Below the pieces are notes generated by a model that had not been told where the DNA came from, searched no databases, and was given only the letters and a program-made list of their open reading frames with translations. This document shows, piece by piece, positions 8,054 to 16,167 of a stretch of 64,000 nt of DNA (position 1 is its first letter; each line of letters opens with the position of its first letter). The stretch is from an uncultured delta proteobacterium. GTDB taxonomy: Bacteria; Myxococcota; Myxococcia; Myxococcales; Myxococcaceae. Made by a program: the position numbers and the translations under genes. Where the stretch lies: assembly GCA_963796055.1 (NCBI GenBank), contig CAWCKH010000004.1, positions 3,168,001 to 3,232,000 on the forward strand, given 5' to 3'.

Positions 8054-9844
8054 TCAGCGCGCGTTCTGCCCGGCGATCCAGGCGTCGATGCGCCGCTCGA
8101 GCACGTCCAGGGGCAGCGAGCCCTGGAGCAGCACCGCATCGTGGAACGCGCGCACGTCGAACCGGGGGCCGAGCGCCTTCTCCGCCCGGGTGCGGAGCTC
8201 GCGAATCTTCAGCTGCCCGATCTTGTAGGCCAGCGCCTGACCCGGGTAGACGATGTACCGGTCCACCTCGTTGGTGACGTCCAGCTCCGGTCGCGGGGTG
8301 TTCTCCAGGAAGTACTGGATGGCGCGGGCGCGGCTCCAGCTCTTGACGTGCATTCCGGTGTCCACCACCAGTCGCACCGCCCGCCACATCTCGTACACCA
8401 GCTGCCCGAACTCGTCGGTGGGCTCGTCGACCAGGCCGAGCTCGCTGGCCAGGGTCTCCGAGTAGAGGGCCCAGCCCTCACCGAACGCCGAGTGGTACAG
8501 GTGTCGTCGGAAGGTGGGCAGATCCCGCTGCTCCGCGGCGAGGGCGGTCTGCAGATGGTGGCCGGGCACCGCCTCGTGCAGGGTGAGCGGGACCATCTCC
8601 CAGCGGGGACGCGTCTCCGGGTGGTAGGTGTTCACCCAGTAGGTGCCGGCGCGAGACCCGTCCTCGGCGCCTGCGTAGTAGAAGCCGGTCGGCGCGTCCG
8701 GCGCCATCGCCGCCGGTGTGGGCTCCACGCCGTACGGCGCGCGGGGCAACGTCCCGAACAGCCGCACCAGCTTGGGGTCGATGCGCTTGGCCAGGTCGCG
8801 CGAGTGCAGGAGCAGCTCGGCGCCGGTCTTGAAGAAATAGCGCGGGTCGGTGCGCAGATGCTGGAAGTACTCGGCCAGGGTTCCCTTGAAGCCCGCCCTC
8901 GCCTTCACCGCCTCCATCGCGGCCCGGATGCGGGCCACCTCCGCCAGCCCCAGCTGGTGCGCCTGCTCCGCGGTGATGGCGGTGGTCGTGTAGTGCTGCA
9001 CCGACCACTGGTAGATGCGCTGCCCGTTGGGCCAGCGGCCCACGCCAACCTCTGCCGGCGCAGCGGGGAGGTATGTCCCGACCACGAAGTCCCGGAGGCG
9101 CCCGTATGCCGGCTGGACCCGTTCCCGGATCAGTCGCTCGGCGGTCTGGGCAAGCGTCTTCCGCTCGGCCTCGGGGAGCGAGGCCGGCATGTGGGCGAAG
9201 GGCGCGTAGAAGGAGGTCGCCACCGGGGCGGCGGCGAGGAGCGCATCGAGCTGCGGCGGAATGCGTTCCAGCGTCACCTTCGGCCACACCATGTTGCGAC
9301 GAACACCTTCCTGGAGGAGGGCGATGGTCTGGTCGACGTAGGCGCCGAACCCGTCCAGCCGAGCCATCCAGTCCCGGTAGTCCTCGAGGGTGGTGAAGCG
9401 CAGCTGTCCCGCGAGCTCTCCCGCGTTCTGCACCCCTGGGAACTCCCCGGTGCCCTCGGGAAGGCCACGCATGTGGTTCAGCGGGAGGAGGTGCAGCCCG
9501 AGCGCGTGGGCCTCGATGCGCTCACGGTGCTCGCGGCCGATGAGCTCGGCGTCGAGCCGGTCGGCCTCGGACAGCTTGCCCCGAGTCGCCTTGGCGAGCT
9601 TGTCCAGAAAGGCCACGTCGTGCTGGTGGTCGGCCTCGATGCCTGCCGCCGACAGGTCGTCCCACCGGTCGTTCCAGCGCCGATCGCCGAGGATGGAGGC
9701 GTAGGTCGGGCTTCGCGAGAGGTGATGCTGCCAGTCCTCGGCAAGCAGCGTCGCCAGGGCAGGGGAGGGTCGAGCCTCGGCCGCCGGGGCCGGTGCGGAG
9801 AGGAGCGGGGCCATGAGGAGGATCACCCGGGGCCAGGGGGTCAT
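8054..9844 (-). CDS. DUF885 family exported protein (putative metallopeptidase)
   Basis: Signal peptide, LHEAVPGHHLQ, EGWALYSE, RAVRLVVDTGMH, PGQALAYKIG. Confidence 0.9.
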   Translation of the reverse strand: MTPWPRVILLMAPLLSAPAPAAEARPSPALATLLAEDWQHHLSRSPTYASILGDRRWNDRWDDLSAAGIEADHQHDVAFLDKLAKATRGKLSEADRLDAELIGREHRERIEAHALGLHLLPLNHMRGLPEGTGEFPGVQNAGELAGQLRFTTLEDYRDWMARLDGFGAYVDQTIALLQEGVRRNMVWPKVTLERIPPQLDALLAAAPVATSFYAPFAHMPASLPEAERKTLAQTAERLIRERVQPAYGRLRDFVVGTYLPAAPAEVGVGRWPNGQRIYQWSVQHYTTTAITAEQAHQLGLAEVARIRAAMEAVKARAGFKGTLAEYFQHLRTDPRYFFKTGAELLLHSRDLAKRIDPKLVRLFGTLPRAPYGVEPTPAAMAPDAPTGFYYAGAEDGSRAGTYWVNTYHPETRPRWEMVPLTLHEAVPGHHLQTALAAEQRDLPTFRRHLYHSAFGEGWALYSETLASELGLVDEPTDEFGQLVYEMWRAVRLVVDTGMHVKSWSRARAIQYFLENTPRPELDVTNEVDRYIVYPGQALAYKIGQLKIRELRTRAEKALGPRFDVRAFHDAVLLQGSLPLDVLERRIDAWIAGQNAR

Positions 9845-9937
9845 GGACCGTTCCCTCTACCCCAGGCGGGATTGCTTGACAGCCCTCGCCGGTGTCCTCC
9901 TTGATGTCCGGGCCGTCGTTCGTCGCGGGGAGGGGAG

Positions 9938-10408
9938 ATGGGCAAGGTGCGGGTCCGTGCCCCCCAGGATCTGGTGGCCGGTGCGAGCCTGGTGGCGGTG
10001 TCCCTGTTCGCGCTCTGGGCGGCCGCGCCGCTCGCCACCGGCCGGCTCGGCGCGCCTGGCCCCGGGCTCCTGCCGCGGGTGCTGGCGGTCCTGCTCGGCG
10101 CCTGTGGCCTCTCCCTCTGCGTGCTGTCGCTGGTCCGGGCTGGTGAGCCGCTGGGGCGATGGCCGCTGCGCGGGCCGCTCCTGATCTGCCTGGCGGTGAT
10201 GGCCTTCGCGCTCACCATCCGGGTCCCGGGGCTGGCGGTGGCCGGCCCGCTGGCGATGCTGGTCTCGGGCGCCGCCTCGCCGGAGACCCGCTGGCGGGAG
10301 CTGGCGATCTTCTCGGTGGCGGTGACCGCGGTCTGCATCGGGCTCTTCCGCTCGCTGCTCCACCTGCCGATCCCCATCTTGGTGATTCCCGGAAAGTTCA
10401 CCTTCTAG
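9938..10408 (+). CDS. tctB: Tripartite tricarboxylate transporter small membrane subunit
   Basis: Four to five TM segments, PGPGLLPR motif, directly upstream of tctA. Confidence 0.85.
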   Translation: MGKVRVRAPQDLVAGASLVAVSLFALWAAAPLATGRLGAPGPGLLPRVLAVLLGACGLSLCVLSLVRAGEPLGRWPLRGPLLICLAVMAFALTIRVPGLAVAGPLAMLVSGAASPETRWRELAIFSVAVTAVCIGLFRSLLHLPIPILVIPGKFTF

Positions 10409-10421
10409 CGCGCGCCCGCCG

Positions 10422-11924
10422 ATGAGCACCCTCCTCACCAACCTTTCGCTGGGATTCTCGGTGGCCTTCACCCTGCACAACCTCGGGCTGTGCTTCCTGG
10501 GGTGTCTGGTCGGCACGCTGATCGGTGTGCTCCCGGGCATCGGGCCGATCGCCACCATCACCATGCTGCTCCCGGTGACCTTCGGGCTGCCGCCGGTGGG
10601 AGCGTTGATCATGCTCGCCGGCATCTATTACGGCGCGCAGTACGGGGGCTCCACCACCGCAATTCTGGTCAATATCCCAGGCGAGGTGACCTCGGTGGTC
10701 ACCACGCTCGACGGCCACCAGATGGCGCGCCAGGGCCGGGCCGGGGTGGCGCTGGGCATCGCCGCGCTCGGCTCGTTCTTCGCCGGATGCGTGGCGACCC
10801 TGATCATCGCTGCGCTCGCGGTCCCCCTCACCCGGGTGGCGCTGCTCTTCGGGCCGGCGGAGTACGCGGCGCTGATGACCACCGGCCTGGCGTTCGCGGT
10901 GGTCCTCGCCCGCGGATCGATTCTCAAGTCGATCGCCATGGTGGTCCTGGGGCTGCTTCTCTCCACGGTGGGGGACGATCTCGAGACCGGGGCCGAGCGG
11001 ATGACCTTCGGGATCACCTCGCTGTCGGACGGCTTCGACTTCGCGGTGCTGGCGATGGGGCTGTTCGGGTTCGCCGAGGTGATGCGCAACTTGACGATGG
11101 AGCAGTCCCGCGACGTGGTGCACGGCGCCATCGGCCGGCTCCTGCCCGGAGTCGCGGACCTCCGCCAGTCCGCGGCGCCGATCGTCCGCGGGACCTTCCT
11201 CGGGGCGTTGCTGGGCATCCTTCCGGGCAACGGCGCGGTGCTCGGACCGTTCGCCTCGTACGCCCTGGAGAAGAAGCTCGCCCGCGACCCCAGCCGCTTC
11301 GGCCGGGGGGCCATCGAGGGAGTGGCGGGGCCGGAGTCGGCCAACAACGCCGGCGCCCAGACCTCCTTCATCCCGCTGCTCACTCTCGGCATCCCGCCCA
11401 ACGCGGTGATGGCCCTGATGGTCGGAGCGATGACCATCCACGGCATCGTCCCCGGGCCGCTGGTGATGACCCGGAACCCCGGCCTGTTCTGGGGCGTCAT
11501 CGCCAGCATGTGGCTCGGCAATCTCATGCTCCTGGTCATCAACCTCCCGCTGATCGGCGTCTGGGTCCGGTTCCTCAAGGTGCCGTACCGTTTGATGTTC
11601 CCGGCCATCGTCATCGTCTGCTGCGTGGGCATCTACTCGGTGAACAACTCGGCGGGAGACGTGCTCCTCACCGCCTTCGTCGCCCTCTTCGGCTACGCCG
11701 CATCGCGGCTGGGGTTCGAGAGCGCGCCGTTGCTCCTGGGATTCGTGCTCGGGCGACTGCTGGAGGAGAACCTCCGGCGCGCGCTGGCCATCTCCCGCGG
11801 CGACCTGACCGTCTTCGTCACCCGCCCGGTGAGCGCCTGGCTCCTCTTCACCGGGCTGATCGTCCTGGTGGTGGCCGTGCTTCCCAACATCCGCGCGCGT
11901 CGGGAAGAGGTATTCGTGGAGTAA
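10422..11924 (+). CDS. tctA: Tripartite tricarboxylate transporter large permease
   Basis: GTLIGVLPGIG, YYGAQYGGS, GVAGPESANN, LTLGIP. Confidence 0.95.
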   Translation: MSTLLTNLSLGFSVAFTLHNLGLCFLGCLVGTLIGVLPGIGPIATITMLLPVTFGLPPVGALIMLAGIYYGAQYGGSTTAILVNIPGEVTSVVTTLDGHQMARQGRAGVALGIAALGSFFAGCVATLIIAALAVPLTRVALLFGPAEYAALMTTGLAFAVVLARGSILKSIAMVVLGLLLSTVGDDLETGAERMTFGITSLSDGFDFAVLAMGLFGFAEVMRNLTMEQSRDVVHGAIGRLLPGVADLRQSAAPIVRGTFLGALLGILPGNGAVLGPFASYALEKKLARDPSRFGRGAIEGVAGPESANNAGAQTSFIPLLTLGIPPNAVMALMVGAMTIHGIVPGPLVMTRNPGLFWGVIASMWLGNLMLLVINLPLIGVWVRFLKVPYRLMFPAIVIVCCVGIYSVNNSAGDVLLTAFVALFGYAASRLGFESAPLLLGFVLGRLLEENLRRALAISRGDLTVFVTRPVSAWLLFTGLIVLVVAVLPNIRARREEVFVE

Positions 11925-11949
11925 GCCCTTCTCATCTGGAGGTGACGTC

Positions 11950-12924
11950 ATGAAGCTTCGTCTGCTGATGCTCGCCGCAGTGCTCGCCGTCCCCCTGTCC
12001 GGGAGGGCGGCATACCCGGAACGTCCCATCACCCTGATCGTCCCCTTCGCCGCCGGAGGCCCGACGGACGTGGTGGCGCGCATCGTGGGCGAGAACATGT
12101 CGAAGACGCTCGGCCAGCAAGTGGTGGTGGAGAACGTCGCCGGGGCCGGGGGAACCACCGGAGCGACGCGAGCGGCGCAGGCCACGCCGGACGGCTACAC
12201 GCTGATCATGGGCCACATGGGGACCCACGGTGCGGCGCCCGCGGTGTACCCGAACCTCAAGTACGACCCGGTGAAGAGCTTCCAGCCCATCGGCCTGGCG
12301 GCGGGCACGCCAATCGTGATCGTGGCCAAGAAGAGCTTCCCGGCGAAGGACCTCAAGGAGTTCGTCGCTTACGTGAAGGCCAACTCGGCGAAGCTGAACG
12401 AGGCCCACGCTGGGGTGGGCTCGGTCTCGTTCACCACCTGTGCCCTCCTCAACTCGCTGCTCGGCGCGAAGCCCACCCGGGTCGTGTACCGCGGCACCGG
12501 GCCGGCGCTGAACGACCTGGTCTCCGGCCAGGTCGACTACATGTGCGACCAGATCGTGAACCTGGTGCCGCAGATCCAGGCCGGCACCATCAAGGCCTAC
12601 GCGGTGGCCCTGCCCCAGCGCTCGCCCGCCCTGCCCGACGTCCCCACCACCAAGGAGGCCGGGCTCCCCGAGTTCCAGGTGTCGGCGTGGAACGCCATCT
12701 TCGCCCCGAAGGGCACGCCGCCCGAGGTGGTGAGCAAGCTCAGCGGGGCGCTCCGCAAGGCACTGGCCGACGAGGGCACCCGGAAGCGCCTCCTCGAGCT
12801 CGGCGCGGACCTCTCCAACACCGCCGCCCAGACTCCCGAGGGGCTGGCCAAGCTGGTGGAGAGCGAGGTCGCGCGGTGGAAGAAGGTGCTCGCCTCGGTG
12901 GCGGCGAGCCCCGCGCCGAAGTAG
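11950..12924 (+). CDS. tctC: Tripartite tricarboxylate transporter substrate-binding protein (Bug/TctC)
   Basis: Signal peptide, YPERPITLIVPFAAGGPTD, ENVAGAGG, PDVPTTKEAG; RBS GGAGG. Confidence 0.93.
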   Translation: MKLRLLMLAAVLAVPLSGRAAYPERPITLIVPFAAGGPTDVVARIVGENMSKTLGQQVVVENVAGAGGTTGATRAAQATPDGYTLIMGHMGTHGAAPAVYPNLKYDPVKSFQPIGLAAGTPIVIVAKKSFPAKDLKEFVAYVKANSAKLNEAHAGVGSVSFTTCALLNSLLGAKPTRVVYRGTGPALNDLVSGQVDYMCDQIVNLVPQIQAGTIKAYAVALPQRSPALPDVPTTKEAGLPEFQVSAWNAIFAPKGTPPEVVSKLSGALRKALADEGTRKRLLELGADLSNTAAQTPEGLAKLVESEVARWKKVLASVAASPAPK

Positions 12925-12990
12925 GCCCTGCAATGGAAGATTGGTCGAACGTGCGTCCGATGAACGATCACTCCCTCGGCGGCTGGGAGC

Positions 12991-15744
12991 TCAGCTGCAA
13001 CCGCTGGTGGCGCCGCAGTTGTTGCATTTGTAGCAGGCGCCGCTCCGGTACATGATCGCCCCGCACGTGTGGCACGGCGGTGCGTCCTGCTGGTTGAGGA
13101 ACGCCTGCCGCGGCGCGGCTTCCACCGGGTCGGGAGTCCGCTCCGGCGCCGGGGTGGGCAGGGCCCGGACCTCCGGCGCGGCGTCGGCGTCCACCCCCTC
13201 CTCCAGCGCCGGCTTGTCGAACTTCAACGACAGCCAGCGGAAGATGTAGTCGGTGATCGACTTGGCGATGGGGATGTCCGGGTTGCCGGTAAAGCCGGAC
13301 GGCTCGAAGCGGGTGTGGCTGAACTTGTCCGCCAGGACTTGAAGGGGCACCCCGTACTGCAGGGAGAGCGAGATCGCGGTGGCGAAGCTGTCCATCAGCC
13401 CCGACACCACCGAGCCCTCCTTGGCCATCACCACGAACAGCTCGCCCGGCGTGCCGTCGTCGTACATCCCCACCGTCAGATAGCCCTCGTGGCCGCCGAT
13501 GCTGAACTTGTGGGTGATGCTCCGGCGCTCGTCCGGGAGCCGCCGGCGCACCGCGCGGGTGGCCTCGGGCGGGGTGGCCTCGACCTTCGCCTCCTCCTTC
13601 TTGGAGGTGTTGAGCGGCTGGCTGCGCTTGCAGCCGTCGCGGTACACCGCCACCGCCTTCAGCCCGAGCTTCCAGGCCTCGAGGTATGCCTCCTCGATGT
13701 CCTGCACCGTGGCCGCGTTGGGCAGGTTCACCGTCTTGCTGATCGCGCCGGAGAGGAAGGGCTGGGTGGCTCCCATCATCCGGAGGTGGCCGAGGTAGTG
13801 GATGCTCCGCTCGCCCTTGGCCGGCTTGAAGGCGCAGTCGAACACCGGGAGGTGCTCCGGCTTCAGCCCCGGGGCGCCCTCGATGGTCTCCCGCTGGTCG
13901 AGGAACTGGACGATCGACTGGGCCTCGGTGGTGCTGTAGCCGAGCCGCTGCAGCGCGAGCGGGACGGTGTTGTTGACGATCTTCAGCATCCCCCCGCCGA
14001 CCAGCTTCTTGTACTTGATGAGCGCGATGTCCGGCTCGATGCCGGTGGTGTCGCAGTCCATCATGAAGCCGATGGTGCCGGTGGGGGCGAGCACCGTGAC
14101 CTGGCTGTTCCGGTAGCCGAACTCGCTCCCCACGGCGAACGCCTCGTCCCACACCGCCCGCTGGGCGGCGAAGAGCTCCTTGGCCACGCCCTCCGGCGCG
14201 ACCTGGTAGGCGGCCCGGCGGTGCTTGCCGATGACGTGGAGCATGGGCTCGGCGTTCTTGGCGTAGCCGCTGAACGCCCCCATCTTCTCCGCCATCTTCG
14301 CCGACATCCGGTACGCCTCGCCGCACATCAAGGAGGTGACCGCCGCGGCGTAGTTCCGGCCCTGGTCCGAGTCGTACGGCAGACCAGAGGCCATGAGCAG
14401 CGCGCCGAGGTTGGCGTAGCCGAGCCCCAGGGGCCGGTAGGCGTGGCTGTTCACCTCGATCTTCTGGGTGGGGTACTTGCTGAACCCGACGATGATCTCC
14501 TGCGCCAGGAGCACCACGTCCACCGCGTGCTTGAACGCCTCGACGTCGAAGCTGCCGTCGAGCGGGCTGCGGAAGAGCATGAGGTTGAGCGACGCCAGGT
14601 TGCAGGCCGAGTCGTCGAGGAACATGTACTCGGAGCAGGGATTGCTGGCGTTGATCCGCGCGGTGTTGGGGCAGGTGTGCCACTCGTTCACCGTGGTGTC
14701 GAACTGCAGCCCCGGGTCACCGCAGAGCCACGCCGCCCCGGAGATCTCCCGGAAGAGATCCCTCGCCCGGTAGGTCTCCATGGGCCGGCCGTCGCGGACC
14801 GCATGCGTTTGCCACGCCTGGTCCTCCACCACCGCCTTCATGAAGCCGTCCGTCACCCGGACCGAGTTGTTCGAGTTCTGGAAGAAGATCGAGCCGTAGG
14901 CCTCGCCGGTGAACCTGCCGTCGTAACCGGCGTCGATGAGCGCCCAGGCCTTCTTCTCCTCCTCCGCCTTGCAGCGGATGAACTCGAGGATGTCCGGGTG
15001 GTCGGCGTTGAGGATGACCATCTTCGCCGCGCGCCGGGTCTTCCCCCCGCTCTTGATCACCCCGGCGAAGGCGTCGAAGCCCTTCATGAACGACACCGGA
15101 CCGGAGGCGGTGCCGCCGCCCGCCAGCAACTCCTTGCTGGAGCGGATGGGCGACAGGTTGCTGCCGGTGCCGCTGCCGTACTTGAAGAGCATCCCCTCGG
15201 TCTTGGCCAGCCCGAGGATGCTCTCCATCGAGTCCTCGACCGAATTGATGAAGCAGGCCGAGCACTGCGGGTGGGACTCCACGCCCACGTTGAACCAGAC
15301 CGGTGAGTTGAAGGCCGCCTTCTGGCGCAGCAGCAGATGGGTGAGCTCGGCGTGGAAGGTCAGCCGGTCGGTCTCGGTGGCGAAGTAGCCGCCCTCCTGG
15401 CCCCAGCGGGTGAGGGTGTCCACCACCCGGGCGACCAGCTTCCTGACGCTGCTCTCGCGCTCGGGCGTGCCCGGGGTGCCCCGGAAGTACTTCGAGGCGA
15501 CCACGTTGGTGGCGAGCATCGACCAGGACTTGGGGACCTCGATGTTCTTCTGCTCGAAGACCACCTTCCCGTCCTCGCCGGTGATGCCGGCGGTCCGGTA
15601 CTCCCAGGCCATCTCGTCGGCCGGGTCCACCCCCGGGGTGGTGAAGAAGCGCGGAATGACCAGGCCGCCACCGCGCACCGCCGCCCTGCGCTCCTTCGCC
15701 TGCTTCCGCTCCTTCGATGCCGGGGACTTCAGCTCACGCTCCAT
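12991..15744 (-). CDS. nrdJ: Class II (adenosylcobalamin-dependent) ribonucleotide reductase with C-terminal TSCPD and zinc-ribbon domains
   Basis: FNSPVWFN, QCSACFI, GGKTRRAAKM, NASNPCSEY, APTGTI, C-terminal CHTC..CYKCNNC..SGCS; RBS AGGAG before ATG 15744. Confidence 0.95.
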   Translation of the reverse strand: MERELKSPASKERKQAKERRAAVRGGGLVIPRFFTTPGVDPADEMAWEYRTAGITGEDGKVVFEQKNIEVPKSWSMLATNVVASKYFRGTPGTPERESSVRKLVARVVDTLTRWGQEGGYFATETDRLTFHAELTHLLLRQKAAFNSPVWFNVGVESHPQCSACFINSVEDSMESILGLAKTEGMLFKYGSGTGSNLSPIRSSKELLAGGGTASGPVSFMKGFDAFAGVIKSGGKTRRAAKMVILNADHPDILEFIRCKAEEEKKAWALIDAGYDGRFTGEAYGSIFFQNSNNSVRVTDGFMKAVVEDQAWQTHAVRDGRPMETYRARDLFREISGAAWLCGDPGLQFDTTVNEWHTCPNTARINASNPCSEYMFLDDSACNLASLNLMLFRSPLDGSFDVEAFKHAVDVVLLAQEIIVGFSKYPTQKIEVNSHAYRPLGLGYANLGALLMASGLPYDSDQGRNYAAAVTSLMCGEAYRMSAKMAEKMGAFSGYAKNAEPMLHVIGKHRRAAYQVAPEGVAKELFAAQRAVWDEAFAVGSEFGYRNSQVTVLAPTGTIGFMMDCDTTGIEPDIALIKYKKLVGGGMLKIVNNTVPLALQRLGYSTTEAQSIVQFLDQRETIEGAPGLKPEHLPVFDCAFKPAKGERSIHYLGHLRMMGATQPFLSGAISKTVNLPNAATVQDIEEAYLEAWKLGLKAVAVYRDGCKRSQPLNTSKKEEAKVEATPPEATRAVRRRLPDERRSITHKFSIGGHEGYLTVGMYDDGTPGELFVVMAKEGSVVSGLMDSFATAISLSLQYGVPLQVLADKFSHTRFEPSGFTGNPDIPIAKSITDYIFRWLSLKFDKPALEEGVDADAAPEVRALPTPAPERTPDPVEAAPRQAFLNQQDAPPCHTCGAIMYRSGACYKCNNCGATSGCS

Positions 15745-15908
15745 GGACTCTCCTGAAACTAACCGTTGAAGGCGCACGGATCTCGGCCGTTCGCCCCCTC
15801 ATGGGAGCGGCCGGAACCCGTTGCGGATGGGGTGGGATGGGAGCGGCGGCGAGACGACTTCTCGTTCTCTTTTTCGGCGCTTCGGAGGCGCCGCCGTGCG
15901 TGGAACCG

Positions 15909-15937
15909 ATGAAACCGCGGAGCGAACAGGCTGTCAA
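15909..15937 (-). promoter_or_regulatory. Possible sigma70-type promoter of nrdJ
   Basis: Perfect TTGACA on the minus strand (15937-15932), 17-bp spacer, weak -10 TTTCAT. Confidence 0.4.
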
Positions 15938-15955
15938 GCGCCTGACCGCTCAAAA

Positions 15956-16003
15956 GCTCAACCTGTAGGGGGGCTCTGTTCGCCAACACTCAACGTGTTG
16001 AGG
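15956..16003. promoter_or_regulatory. Tandem NrdR boxes upstream of nrdJ
   Basis: gctCAAccTgTAGggg (15956-15971) and actCAAcgTgTTGagg (15988-16003) fit the acaCwAtATaTwGtgt pattern and start 32 bp apart, the usual tandem spacing. Confidence 0.8.
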
Positions 16004-16167
16004 TGCACCGTGTCTCCCCTGTGCTGCACGGTCATGGCGTCCCCTGGGCGATTCGGCTCGCCTCCGAGGAGTCCGGAGGCAGGGATCGAACATCCCTCGG
16101 GGGTCTGACAGCGGTGGCGATGGTGCCTTTGCCGTCGGCATCGCGTCAGGCACCGCTCTGGCGCCGC

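Noticed and set aside
12991..15744. Intein or intron in nrdJ
   Set aside because: The catalytic motifs are contiguous, the length is ordinary, and no splicing or homing endonuclease motifs are visible.
15745..16167. Cobalamin riboswitch upstream of B12-dependent nrdJ
   Set aside because: I could not find the conserved B12-box and core motifs by eye, so the region is reported only as an unassigned structured leader.
16004..16167. Cluster of short hairpins downstream of the first permease
   Set aside because: The 6-7-bp GC-rich stems are expected by chance, and there is no U-tract or recognisable RNA motif.
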